Positions 1 to 9,033 of a DNA stretch of 64,000 bases are shown here, in pieces. Positions within the stretch are counted from its first letter, which is position 1, and each line of letters starts with the position of its first letter. The stretch is from an uncultured virus (IMG/VR IMGVR_UViG_3300034071_002198) (Duplodnaviria > Heunggongvirae > Uroviricota > Caudoviricetes), in IMG/VR virus record IMGVR_UViG_3300034071_002198, positions 1 through 64,000 of that record. The stretch is one strand, 5' to 3'. Below the pieces are notes generated by a model that worked only from the letters and a program-made list of their open reading frames with translations, was not told where the DNA came from and made no database searches. A program made the position numbers and the translations under genes.

Positions 1-3000
1 CTAAAACTCTACCTACTGCAGCATTATTTATTGTATTAAATCCTGTACCAGATGTTCCACTAGAACCAGAACTACCTGATGTACCACTAGTACCTGAGCT
101 TCCAGATGTGCCAGAAGAACCGCTTGTACCTGCTGAACCATTTGTTCCAGATGTTCCACTAGAACCAGATGTGCCAGATGTTCCTGAACTACCTGATGTG
201 CCAGATGATCCATTTGCTCCAGATGTGCCAGAGCTACCTGATGTACCAGAACTACCAGATGTGCCTGTACTTCCACTAGAACCTGATGTTCCAGTTGAAC
301 CAGATGTGCCACTAGAACCGGATGATCCTGCAGTACCTGATGAACCTGATGTTCCAGTTGAGCCACTAGATCCTGATGTTCCAGAAGAACCGCTTGTTCC
401 GCTAGAACCATTTGTACCATTAGCACCAGAAGTTCCTGATGTACCAGAAGTGGCAGCAGTAAATGATGTTCCGTTTATAGTTAAAGATCCAGTAATGCTT
501 ACAGATCCTGTAAATTGATGTGTATTACTTAATAGAGTACCAAACTTAGTAGATCCAGTTACAAAATCTGTTGAAGACGTTATTTGTTGTACATTTAAAG
601 TCTGAGCTACAATATTTCCTGTGACTGTTAAAGTAGTTCCATCAAAAGTTAAATTAGCCTCAGCATTTGCTGTATTAGTTGTACCTAATGATGTTAAGAT
701 TCTATTATCTACAGGGTTAGTAATAGTATTAAATCCTGTTCCAGATGTTCCAGAGCTACCGCTTGATCCAGATGAGCCAGATGTACCACTAGTACCGCTT
801 GATCCAGATGTGCCTGAACTACCAGATGACCCGCTAGTTCCTGTTGAGCCAGAAGATCCAGATGTACCTGAAGAACCACTTGTGCCTGATGAACCTGCAG
901 TGCCTGTAGATCCACTTGAACCTGAAGTTCCAGTTGAACCTGAAGAACCGCTTGTGCCTGAAATACCAGATGTTCCTGATGAACCAGAGGTTCCTGTACT
1001 TCCTGATGAACCTGAAGTTCCAGTTGTACCACTACTTCCACTAGTTCCAGAAGAACCGTTTGCACCAGAAGTACCACTTGAGCCTGAAGTACCAGTTGAG
1101 CCAGATGATCCAGAAGTTCCTGAGAATCCACTAGTACCACTTACTCCACTAGTACCACTAGATCCAGAAGATCCACTAGTTCCATTTGCTCCACTAGTTC
1201 CTGAAGAACCAGTATTACCTGAGGTACCAGATGTTCCTGTAGCTACTAAGTTAGTTCCAACACCAGCGCCACCAGTAGTTATGTCTATAAAATATCCACG
1301 AGCATTTCCACCTTGTTCAAAAAATCTAAGTCTATTTTGCCAAATATCAATTGTTACACCACTACCAGTTAGTGTTGTATTTGTTTCAGGCCTTCCTAAT
1401 AAAAGTTCTCCACCTTCATCTCCACCAACAGTTCCTGCAGTTATTTTTGAAAGTGCACTACCGCTAACCACTAAAGCACCAACAACATTAAGTGTTGTTC
1501 CATCAAATGTTAAGTTAGCTTCAGCATTAGCTGTATTAGTTGTACCAAGAGATGTTATAACTCTATTGTCTGCTGGATTAGTAATTGTATTAAATCCAGT
1601 ACCTGATGTACCAGAAGATCCGCTTGATCCACTACTACCATTTGCACCTGAAGTTCCAGAGCTACCAGATGTACCACTAGTTCCAGAAGAGCCGCTAGAT
1701 CCATTTGCACCAGAAGTACCAGAAGAACCGCTAGAGCCAGATGAACCGTTAGCGCCTGAAGTACCAGAAGAACCGCTAGAGCCAGATGAACCGTTAGCGC
1801 CTGATGTACCAGAAGATCCGCTTGATCCACTACTACCATTTGCACCTGAAGTTCCACTTGAACCTGCAGTGCCACTAGATCCTGCACTTCCAGATGATCC
1901 AGATGTGCCTGTAGAACCAGAAGATCCAGAACTACCAGATGACCCTGCAGTGCCACTAGAACCTGATGTACCTGAAGTACCACTAGTAGCTGTAGTAAAT
2001 GAAGTTCCATTTATAGTTAATGATCCAGTAATGTTTACTGAACCAGTAAATTGATGCGTATTAGTTAGTAAACTTCCAAATATTGTTGAACCAGTAATAT
2101 ATTCTTGAGAAGCAGTAATATTTTGAACAATAAGAGTCTGAGCAGTTATTGTTCCATTAGTTGATATACTACCTGTTACTTGTAAAGTATTATTAGAAAA
2201 AGATAAATTAGTTGATGCAGTTGCCGCATTTGTTGTTCCGTCTGATAATATTATTCTATTAGCTCCAGGATTATTAATGGTATTGAATCCTGTACCTGAA
2301 GTTCCTGAACTACCAGATGTACCACTAGTTCCAGAAGAGCCGCTAGATCCATTTGCTCCAGATATTCCACTACTTCCAGAAGTCCCAGTTGATCCGCTAC
2401 TACCACTTGTACCTGTAGAACCAGAAGAACCGCTAGATCCGCTAGATCCATTTGCTCCACTTGTACCACTAGATCCTGCAGTACCGCTAGATCCTGAGGT
2501 TCCAGATGAACCTGAAGTACCGGATGAGCCGCTTGCACCTGTTGCTCCACTTGTTCCAGAAGAACCTGTACTACCTGAACTACCTGATGTTCCTGATTCT
2601 CCAGAAGTACCCGATGAACCTGCAGTTCCGCTTGAACCCGATGTGCCAGTTGATCCTGATGTTCCAGAAGAGCCGCTAGATCCTGAAGTACCGCTAGACC
2701 CAGTTGAACCAGAAGATCCAGATAAGCCCGATGTACCTGACGTGCCAGTACTACCACTTGTGCCTGCAGAACCAGATTCTCCAGATGAACCAGAAGACCC
2801 TGCACTGCCGCTTGTACCAGTTGACCCTGAGGTTCCTGTAGAACCACTAGACCCGGATGTTCCAGTGCTACCACTAGTACCTGTAGATCCAGAGGTTCCG
2901 GTTGAGCCTGAAGTACCAGAAGAACCATTTTGTCCAGATGTACCTGAGCTACCAGATGTTCCACTTGAACCTGATGTACCGCTTGTACCTGATGAGCCAG

Positions 3001-5062
3001 AAGCCCCAGCTGTATTATAATATAATTGTCCTGTAGTTTCGTCTATAACTACAAAACGAGATAAGTTATTTAGTGTAAGGTCTTTAACAGCTAAAGAACC
3101 AGTTACAGAAACACTACCAGTAAATTGATGAGTATTAGATAGTTGCGATCCAAATATAGTAGATCCTGTTACAAAATCAACAGACGATGTAATTGTTTGA
3201 ACTACAATTGTTTGTGCAGTTAAAGTGCCTCTTACTGTAAAATTATCAGCTGAAGATGCTGTTAAGGAATTTCTAGCCCAACTAGCACTACCATTTAAAC
3301 TTCCTGTAATACCTCCTGATACTTGTAGAGATCCTGATATCTGCACTTCATTTCCTGCAGCGTATATAAGATTACTTCTATTGCTGTCATCAGTTCCATT
3401 ACCTACAATAAAAGCTGCGGGTACGGATGATGTAGCATTCCATTGGCCCTGTACGTGTTGGTGATTAGCTAATGCTATTGTTTGATAACCTTCGGCATGT
3501 GAATATGAGCCTGATGCTATTGTTTCTTGGCCTTCGGCATGTGAGTAGTCTCCTATTGCTTGGGTAAAATCTCCTTCAGCATGTGAGTAGTTTCCTATTG
3601 CTTTAGTAATACTTCCTTCAGCATGTGAGTATTCTCCTGTTGCTATATTTCCCTCTAATCCTTGAATAAGAGAGCCGGTTATAGATAAAGTATTATTTGT
3701 ATAAGTTAAATTAGACGATGCAGTTGCTGCATTTGTTGTACCATCTGATAATATTATTCTGCCTTGACCTGCATTACTAATAGTATTAAATCCTGTTCCT
3801 GAAGATCCTGCTGTACCTGCTGATCCAGATGAACCTGATGACCCAGAAGATCCTGACGTTCCTGCCTCTCCACTTGTGCCTGAAGATCCTGATGTACCGC
3901 TTGAGCCTGTAGAACCAGATGAGCCACTAGATCCGCTAGTACCTGCGGATCCACTTGAACCTGTCGATCCTGAACTACCAGATGATCCGCTTTCCCCACT
4001 AGTACCAGATGAACCAGAACTACCCGAAGTACCAGATGTTCCAGAGCTTCCGCTAGATCCAGTTGAGCCAGAACTACCTGATGTTCCCGACTCTCCACTA
4101 GTTCCTGAACTACCTGATGATCCAGAACTACCTGAGGTACCAGAAACTCCACTAGTGCCAGATGATCCAGAGGAACCTGAACTACCTGTACTACCAGACG
4201 ATCCTGTAGAACCAGAACTTCCAGATGATCCAGAGCTTCCTGATGTACCAGATTCGCCACTAGATCCACTTGTTCCTGTAGAACCAGATGAACCAGAACT
4301 ACCGCTCGTACCTGATTCTCCAGAACTTCCTGATGAACCTGATGATCCAGATGTTCCACTTTCCCCACTCGTACCAGAAGATCCTGATGTTCCAGTACTT
4401 CCAGAACTGCCAGATGATCCACTAGATCCAGAAGTACCTGAGCTACCGCTTGAACCTGAACTACCTGATGAACCTGCAGTGCCACTAGTTCCACTAGTAG
4501 CAGCAGTAAACGAAGAGCCATTTATAGTTAAAGATCCAGTTATACTTACTGAGCCAGTAAACTGATGTGTATTTGAAAGTTGAGAGCCAAATATAGTAGA
4601 ACCAGTTACAAAATCAGTTGATGATGTAATTGTTTGAGCTACAATTGTTTGAGCTGTTAATGTACCTCTTACTATAAAATTATCGGCAGATGATGCTGTT
4701 GCAGCTAAGGTTGCATTTTGAGCCTGTACTACATCATTAATATTATAGTTTTCTGTATCTCCGTCTCCTTTAATTAATTGAATAGTATCCGGGAATACTT
4801 GTATAGCTGTTACAAATGCATTAGGAGTGTTAGATGCGGTAAGTGCATTTACTGCCCAACTTGCTGTGCCAAAAAAAGATCCTGTAAATGAACCAGATGT
4901 ATTACCTATTGTAACTATTTGTTCACCATTAGAACCAGATTTTTTAATAAATGCTAAACCATCATAGGTATTAAGTGCTATCTCACCAAATTGTAAAGAC
5001 GCTGTGTCGGGTACTCTACCCGGTACTGCGGATCTGCGAAGCTTAAGAAACTGGTTTGACAT
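1..5062 (-). CDS. Giant tail fibre/adhesin-like virion protein (>=1687 aa, runs off left edge): N-terminal fibre-attachment motif, repeated ~85-aa modules, GTSGSS low-complexity tracts, SHAEG repeats
   Basis: ATG at 5062 reads MSNQFLKLRRSAVPGRVPDTASLQFGEIALNTYDG. The frame read at position 2-58 (GTSGTGFNTINNAAVGRVL) matches the start frame. Missing from the ORF track because there is no stop in the window. Late motif lies upstream. Confidence 0.85.
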   Translation of the reverse strand, partial: MSNQFLKLRRSAVPGRVPDTASLQFGEIALNTYDGLAFIKKSGSNGEQIVTIGNTSGSFTGSFFGTASWAVNALTASNTPNAFVTAIQVFPDTIQLIKGDGDTENYNINDVVQAQNATLAATASSADNFIVRGTLTAQTIVAQTITSSTDFVTGSTIFGSQLSNTHQFTGSVSITGSLTINGSSFTAATSGTSGTAGSSGSSGSSGSSGTSGSSGSSGSSGSTGTSGSSGTSGESGTSGSSGSSGSSGESGTSGSSGSSGSTGTSGSSGESGTSGSSGSSGSSGSTGSSGSTGSSGSSGSSGTSGVSGTSGSSGSSGSSGTSGESGTSGSSGSTGSSGSSGTSGTSGSSGSSGTSGESGSSGSSGSTGSSGSAGTSGSSGSSGSTGSSGTSGSSGTSGEAGTSGSSGSSGSSGSAGTAGSSGTGFNTISNAGQGRIILSDGTTNAATASSNLTYTNNTLSITGSLIQGLEGNIATGEYSHAEGSITKAIGNYSHAEGDFTQAIGDYSHAEGQETIASGSYSHAEGYQTIALANHQHVQGQWNATSSVPAAFIVGNGTDDSNRSNLIYAAGNEVQISGSLQVSGGITGSLNGSASWARNSLTASSADNFTVRGTLTAQTIVVQTITSSVDFVTGSTIFGSQLSNTHQFTGSVSVTGSLAVKDLTLNNLSRFVVIDETTGQLYYNTAGASGSSGTSGTSGSSGTSGSSGTSGQNGSSGTSGSTGTSGSTGTSGSTGTSGSSGSTGTSGSTGTSGSAGSSGSSGESGSAGTSGSTGTSGTSGLSGSSGSTGSSGTSGSSGSSGTSGSTGTSGSSGTAGSSGTSGESGTSGSSGSTGSSGTSGATGASGSSGTSGSSGTSGSSGTAGSSGTSGANGSSGSSGSSGSTGTSGSSGSTGTSGSSGISGANGSSGSSGTSGTSGSSGTSGTGFNTINNPGANRIILSDGTTNAATASTNLSFSNNTLQVTGSISTNGTITAQTLIVQNITASQEYITGSTIFGSLLTNTHQFTGSVNITGSLTINGTSFTTATSGTSGTSGSSGTAGSSGSSGSSGSTGTSGSSGSAGSSGTAGSSGTSGANGSSGSSGSSGTSGANGSSGSSGSSGTSGANGSSGSSGSSGTSGANGSSGSSGTSGTSGSSGTSGANGSSGSSGSSGTSGTGFNTITNPADNRVITSLGTTNTANAEANLTFDGTTLNVVGALVVSGSALSKITAGTVGGDEGGELLLGRPETNTTLTGSGVTIDIWQNRLRFFEQGGNARGYFIDITTGGAGVGTNLVATGTSGTSGNTGSSGTSGANGTSGSSGSSGTSGVSGTSGFSGTSGSSGSTGTSGSSGTSGANGSSGTSGSSGTTGTSGSSGSTGTSGSSGTSGISGTSGSSGSTGTSGSSGSTGTAGSSGTSGSSGTSGSSGSTGTSGSSGSSGTSGSSGTSGTSGSSGSSGSSGTSGTGFNTITNPVDNRILTSLGTTNTANAEANLTFDGTTLTVTGNIVAQTLNVQQITSSTDFVTGSTKFGTLLSNTHQFTGSVSITGSLTINGTSFTAATSGTSGTSGANGTNGSSGTSGSSGTSGSSGSTGTSGSSGTAGSSGSSGTSGSTGTSGSSGSTGTSGSSGTSGSSGTSGANGSSGTSGSSGTSGTSGSSGTSGTNGSAGTSGSSGTSGSSGTSGTSGSSGSSGTSGTGFNTINNAAVGRVL
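50..4500 (-). repeat. Five Gly-Ser-Thr triplet-repeat tracts (approx. 50-455, 740-1240, 1600-1990, 2295-3005, 3800-4500) separated by recurring modules
   Basis: 9-bp periodic sequence encoding GTS/GSS/GAN triplets. Modules GTGFNTI...TNTANAEANLTF and QTITSSTDFVTGS..FG..LSNTHQFTGSV recur. Confidence 0.9.
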
Positions 5063-5115
5063 GTGCCCTTTGTTGATTTAGTATATACTTGCTAAAAGAC
5101 TATATAGCCTCACGT

Positions 5116-5123
5116 ATAAATAT
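5116..5123 (-). promoter_or_regulatory. Putative late promoter ATATTTAT (fibre gene)
   Basis: One of 16 sense-strand copies found just upstream of genes. Confidence 0.65.
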
Positions 5124-5344
5124 TAGTAATCTCCTAAATCCATAGTATCAAAGCTGCCAGAATCTCCAAAAGAATCAATATTTTGTATAGTCAATGAACC
5201 TGTCTTTTGAGATGTAGAAGTTATATAGACAGATCCTGATATAACGAAGTCATTACTTTGTCCACTACCACTTAAAGTTAGTTGTGAATTAGCTTCATTA
5301 TATTGAAGATTAGATAATATTTGTTTAAATTTTAACCTTGCCAT
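5123..5344 (-). CDS. Hypothetical virion protein (73 aa)
   Basis: ORF in structural operon; SGS/TGS-rich like neighbours. Confidence 0.7.
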   Translation of the reverse strand: MARLKFKQILSNLQYNEANSQLTLSGSGQSNDFVISGSVYITSTSQKTGSLTIQNIDSFGDSGSFDTMDLGDY

Positions 5345-5345
5345 A

Positions 5346-6608
5346 TTAGTTAAATTTACCTACTCCTATAATAACATCAGATGCTTCTAAATTATATTGT
5401 AAAGCAGTAGTATTTAGTATTAATGTAGAAGACGTTGTATTATCAGTAAAGCTTGTTATACTAGTAGCTTCTACATATTGACCGTTTACAAAAAATGTAA
5501 AATTAGTTACACTAGTTGCAGGAAGTCCTGATGGAGCTGTTAAAAATCCATTCGGGAATGTTACTGTATTAGAAGATACAAATGTTCCTGTAACTGTCTT
5601 ATTGGTATTTAAATAATTTATTGCAGCCACGTCAGTACCAGTATTGTTAGTTATATTATTTACAATATTCACAGAATCGTTTAATAGTACAGATTTAGAT
5701 CCACCAGATTTTCCTTTTTTAACTCTAGCATTAAATTCTTCAGTTCCACTAGAAGTTTCTAGTCCAAATATCACTCTAGAAATACCGTAAGCATTAGATG
5801 GAGCCGCTAGTTTTCTATTTAGAGTATCAGGAATTAAGTACCCATTTAAAGTAATAGTAAAGTTTGTTCTAACCGCACGGTTGTCACCTATATCATAGGT
5901 TATGCTATCTTGAAATGATTCAATTGAACTGTAGAAAAGAAAGCGGTTAGGATCACCCCAATAGCTTCTGGATGCGAAGTTTACTGATTCAACAAGTTTA
6001 TCCATTTGCTCAACAAAATAAGTCCATAGAATACATTCATACTCTACAGTTATATAGTCTGGGGTTGCTGATACTACATATTTTGTTTCTGGCACTCTAT
6101 TATTTAGTACGCCAAAATTACTATAGACATTTCTTTTACTAAAAGATTTTTTAAATAGTTGAACGTTGTGTGCTTGATTACCATCTAATTTATAACCTAG
6201 ATCGCGATTTTGAGTTATAGAACTTCTCTTAAACATTAAAAGAGGCGCCATTAACTTTTCATTTTGATCTCTATAATAACCGTCTCTTTGAACACTTTTC
6301 CAGTTTTCAGGAGTGCCATAAATTATAGGAACAGTTAGTTTAGCATTATTTTGTACAACAGATAATTTAAGATAGTTATTAAAATAGTACATCAATGCTT
6401 CATCAACATCTTTAATACCAATAGTAAAGTCTTTATCTCCATCTTTTCTTTCACTTATTTCATAAGCTCTATTTTGTTCTGGTTGTCCTAGTTTAGTTGG
6501 TTCAGAAAAAGGTTTTTGTACAGTACCCTCACTTGGTGCATAAGCAGGCCCAATGAGTTTACTCATAAATTCTTTTCTATTCTCAGGTCTAACTACTTGT
6601 ATCGCCAT
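5346..6608 (-). CDS. Tail completion/terminator protein (T4 gp15-like) with C-terminal extension
   Basis: VPIIYGTPENWKSVQ...PLLMFKR and YFVEQMDKLVE motifs; follows the gp13/gp14-like genes. Confidence 0.6.
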   Translation of the reverse strand: MAIQVVRPENRKEFMSKLIGPAYAPSEGTVQKPFSEPTKLGQPEQNRAYEISERKDGDKDFTIGIKDVDEALMYYFNNYLKLSVVQNNAKLTVPIIYGTPENWKSVQRDGYYRDQNEKLMAPLLMFKRSSITQNRDLGYKLDGNQAHNVQLFKKSFSKRNVYSNFGVLNNRVPETKYVVSATPDYITVEYECILWTYFVEQMDKLVESVNFASRSYWGDPNRFLFYSSIESFQDSITYDIGDNRAVRTNFTITLNGYLIPDTLNRKLAAPSNAYGISRVIFGLETSSGTEEFNARVKKGKSGGSKSVLLNDSVNIVNNITNNTGTDVAAINYLNTNKTVTGTFVSSNTVTFPNGFLTAPSGLPATSVTNFTFFVNGQYVEATSITSFTDNTTSSTLILNTTALQYNLEASDVIIGVGKFN

Positions 6609-7099
6609 TATAATCTATCTTTAGTTATACCAAGTTTATCAGGATCAGTATAGTGACCAGTTAAAATAATAGAATAAGATTGTCCGAATCCTTCAACAGG
6701 TGTTGAATAAGAATAATCAGGATCTTTACCTAAGACTAACTGATTCTCATTTGTATTATTTATTTCATAATAAACTTCATTATACATAACTACATCACCT
6801 AGTTCTGGAATAATGTTTGCTTCAATTAAATGATCTTTAAAGAATCTAAAGTCAACAGATCTTTCTGTATCAGGACCGTAGTCTGTACTTATTCTGCTAA
6901 AATCCCCTCTTACTATCAATACTGGTATTAAAACAGGACCAATAAAATACTTAGTTAAAGCTTCACCATATATATTTACAGGAGTATCGTTTAACTTTAT
7001 TTTATAATAACCAACTTGTTGAGACACAATATCTTCAACGATCTCCTTTGTGAAGATCTTAAACGTAGCCACATCCCTAGTTGATCCAAACATTGCCAT
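6608..7099 (-). CDS. Neck/head-closure protein (T4 gp14-like)
   Basis: NIYGEA, PELGDVVMYNEVYYEI motifs; synteny with gp13-like gene. Confidence 0.6.
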   Translation of the reverse strand: MAMFGSTRDVATFKIFTKEIVEDIVSQQVGYYKIKLNDTPVNIYGEALTKYFIGPVLIPVLIVRGDFSRISTDYGPDTERSVDFRFFKDHLIEANIIPELGDVVMYNEVYYEINNTNENQLVLGKDPDYSYSTPVEGFGQSYSIILTGHYTDPDKLGITKDRL

Positions 7100-7100
7100 A

Positions 7101-8276
7101 TTATCCTATGTATATAAACATCGGCACCTCATTTAATGTGCTTGATATTGATTGATTTTCAGATTGTTTACGTTCTAACTGTGCTCTACGACTCATGTCT
7201 TCAAAATCACCTCTAAGTCTTTCTCTAAGAGCCGTTTGTTGATCGCGACCTTTAGTTATTAAGTCTCCAGAATTTAAAGTAACTTCAGATCCTGGTGCTG
7301 GAATTTGTGAGTACTTGCCTCTAATTAGACCGAGAAGTTCTGAAGCTAATGCTAAAGTATATTCATAGATCCACTGTCTACCTGGATGATTAATCTGTCT
7401 ATATGTGATAGTTGAATATGGAGCTAAGCCTGGATTAGAAATTAAACTTTGATCATTACCATAAGGACTATTTCCTGTTATACTTCTTACTTCACTTTGT
7501 TTTGCATAATCAATCCATACAACGATACCATCTTTATCAGGAAAAGGAAATATAGTTAGTTTATTATTTGTTATAGAGAAAGAATACATTGAACGTCTAA
7601 CAGTATTAGACATTTCAATCTCTTGTATTCTAGATATATCCCAATAAATAGGAAATAAAACAAAGTTTAGACCAGGAGAATAACTCGCCCAACCAAAGTT
7701 TTCAGTTGCTCCTTGATAATTTATACTACCTCCAATATATGGATCATAGTATTGATTAATTGCTGGCTGAGATTCATAATAAATTCTATTAACTACTAAT
7801 CTATCTCCAGGAGCTATTAAGCTTCCAGATAATGCCCAAGCTTGTAAATCATATGTTTGTTGACTAGATGTTAAATATAAAACACTTTTATATTGATCAA
7901 CAAAGCCACCTACTTGAATAGGAGTGCCGTAATTTTCAGCTACAGTAATTATAGAGTTTAAATTAGGTACTACTACAGTATTATTTAGTATAGATCCTGT
8001 AGATCCACCTTCTAAAGAAAGATAGTTGTCTTTTATTTTAGATTGATAAAGCTCTTCTGCATAAATAGAAACGGCTTCTTCAAAGCAAGCATAAAAATTT
8101 ATGTCTTGCAACTCTACTTCCATTATGGGATATCCTAGTTTACGAGCACAATAGTTTGCTACTTTAGGACCATCTGCTTGGAAATTAGGATCTGAATCAT
8201 AGAAACCAAATGGAGTAGAACCTGAAATTGCTCCAGGAGTTCCATCATATATTACTGTTGTTGCTGTAGATGCCAT
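7101..8276 (-). CDS. Neck protein/head-tail adaptor (T4 gp13-like)
   Basis: ARKLGYPIMEVEL..FYACFEEAV, WIYEYTLALASELLGLIRGKY, C-terminal PMFIYIG. Confidence 0.8.
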   Translation of the reverse strand: MASTATTVIYDGTPGAISGSTPFGFYDSDPNFQADGPKVANYCARKLGYPIMEVELQDINFYACFEEAVSIYAEELYQSKIKDNYLSLEGGSTGSILNNTVVVPNLNSIITVAENYGTPIQVGGFVDQYKSVLYLTSSQQTYDLQAWALSGSLIAPGDRLVVNRIYYESQPAINQYYDPYIGGSINYQGATENFGWASYSPGLNFVLFPIYWDISRIQEIEMSNTVRRSMYSFSITNNKLTIFPFPDKDGIVVWIDYAKQSEVRSITGNSPYGNDQSLISNPGLAPYSTITYRQINHPGRQWIYEYTLALASELLGLIRGKYSQIPAPGSEVTLNSGDLITKGRDQQTALRERLRGDFEDMSRRAQLERKQSENQSISSTLNEVPMFIYIG

Positions 8277-8941
8277 TAATCGTGTGCTTTATATATTTCA
8301 AGAATATGTTCTACTATTGGATCACGATGATTTGTTTTCAAAGTGATTACTGCAAAACCAGGCACCTCTTTAAAGTTAGTGCATATGAAATTAAAACCAG
8401 ATTGTTTTTTGTCTTTAAGATCTATCTGTGCGCTATCTCCACATATAATCATTGTTGTTCCACTACAGATACGACCTAGCACAAGTTGCATTTGTTGAGA
8501 AGTAATATTCTGCCCTTCATCTACAACTACACAACAATTACTTAAATTTCTTCCTCTCATGAATGCTAAAGGTATTACTTCAATATTACCTTCTGCTAAT
8601 TCTTTATCTATCTTTTCCTTATTATAGAGTCTATACATGTTGTCATATATAGCTGCCGTATAAGGAGCTAATTTATCTTCTTTAGAACCAGGTAAAAAAC
8701 CTATGTCTTCTCCTGATGTTACTGCTGGCCTTGTTAAAATAATTCTTTCAACTTCTTTACGAAATAGCAAATCAAGTGCTATTTGCGCTGCGATTAAAGA
8801 TTTTCCTGAACCAGCCTGTCCTCTTAAAACTGTTATTTTATTATTTAATATAATTGACTTGGCTTCTTTCTGTTCTTCATTAAGTTGCACTTGAAACCTA
8901 ATCTCATTCTTGGGTCTACGCTTAGCACTTTTGTCAACCAT
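8276..8941 (-). CDS. phoH: PhoH-family ATPase
   Basis: GQAGSGKS Walker A, IGFLPG, AFMRGR, DEGQN, GDSAQ. Start placed at 8941, downstream of the late motif. Confidence 0.92.
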   Translation of the reverse strand: MVDKSAKRRPKNEIRFQVQLNEEQKEAKSIILNNKITVLRGQAGSGKSLIAAQIALDLLFRKEVERIILTRPAVTSGEDIGFLPGSKEDKLAPYTAAIYDNMYRLYNKEKIDKELAEGNIEVIPLAFMRGRNLSNCCVVVDEGQNITSQQMQLVLGRICSGTTMIICGDSAQIDLKDKKQSGFNFICTNFKEVPGFAVITLKTNHRDPIVEHILEIYKAHD

Positions 8942-8981
8942 ATTATAACGCCTTTCAAATAAATATTGATTAATAGTAAAT

Positions 8982-9012
8982 AAAAAACCCAACCTTACGG
9001 GGTTGGGCTTTT
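8982..9012 (-). terminator. Rho-independent terminator after the major capsid gene
   Basis: Minus strand reads CCCAACC-CCGTAA-GGTTGGG followed by TTTTTT. Confidence 0.85.
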
Positions 9013-9033
9013 ATAATCTATAGTAGAGTTAAA

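Noticed and set aside
50..4500. Repeat arrays as CRISPR or satellite DNA
   Set aside because: Codon-periodic coding repeats with no constant repeat/unique spacer structure; no cas genes
28..4565. ORF-track proteins such as PEVPDVP (+) and VLVHQV (-), up to 477 aa
   Set aside because: Antisense and alternate-frame shadows of the GTS-repeat fibre gene
4900..5062. Diversity-generating retroelement suggested by Mtd-like N-terminus
   Set aside because: No reverse transcriptase or TR/VR pair is visible in the window; the motif is a generic fibre attachment region
8942..8992. PhoH start at 8992
   Set aside because: Overlaps the capsid terminator and lies upstream of the late motif; ATG 8941 fits better
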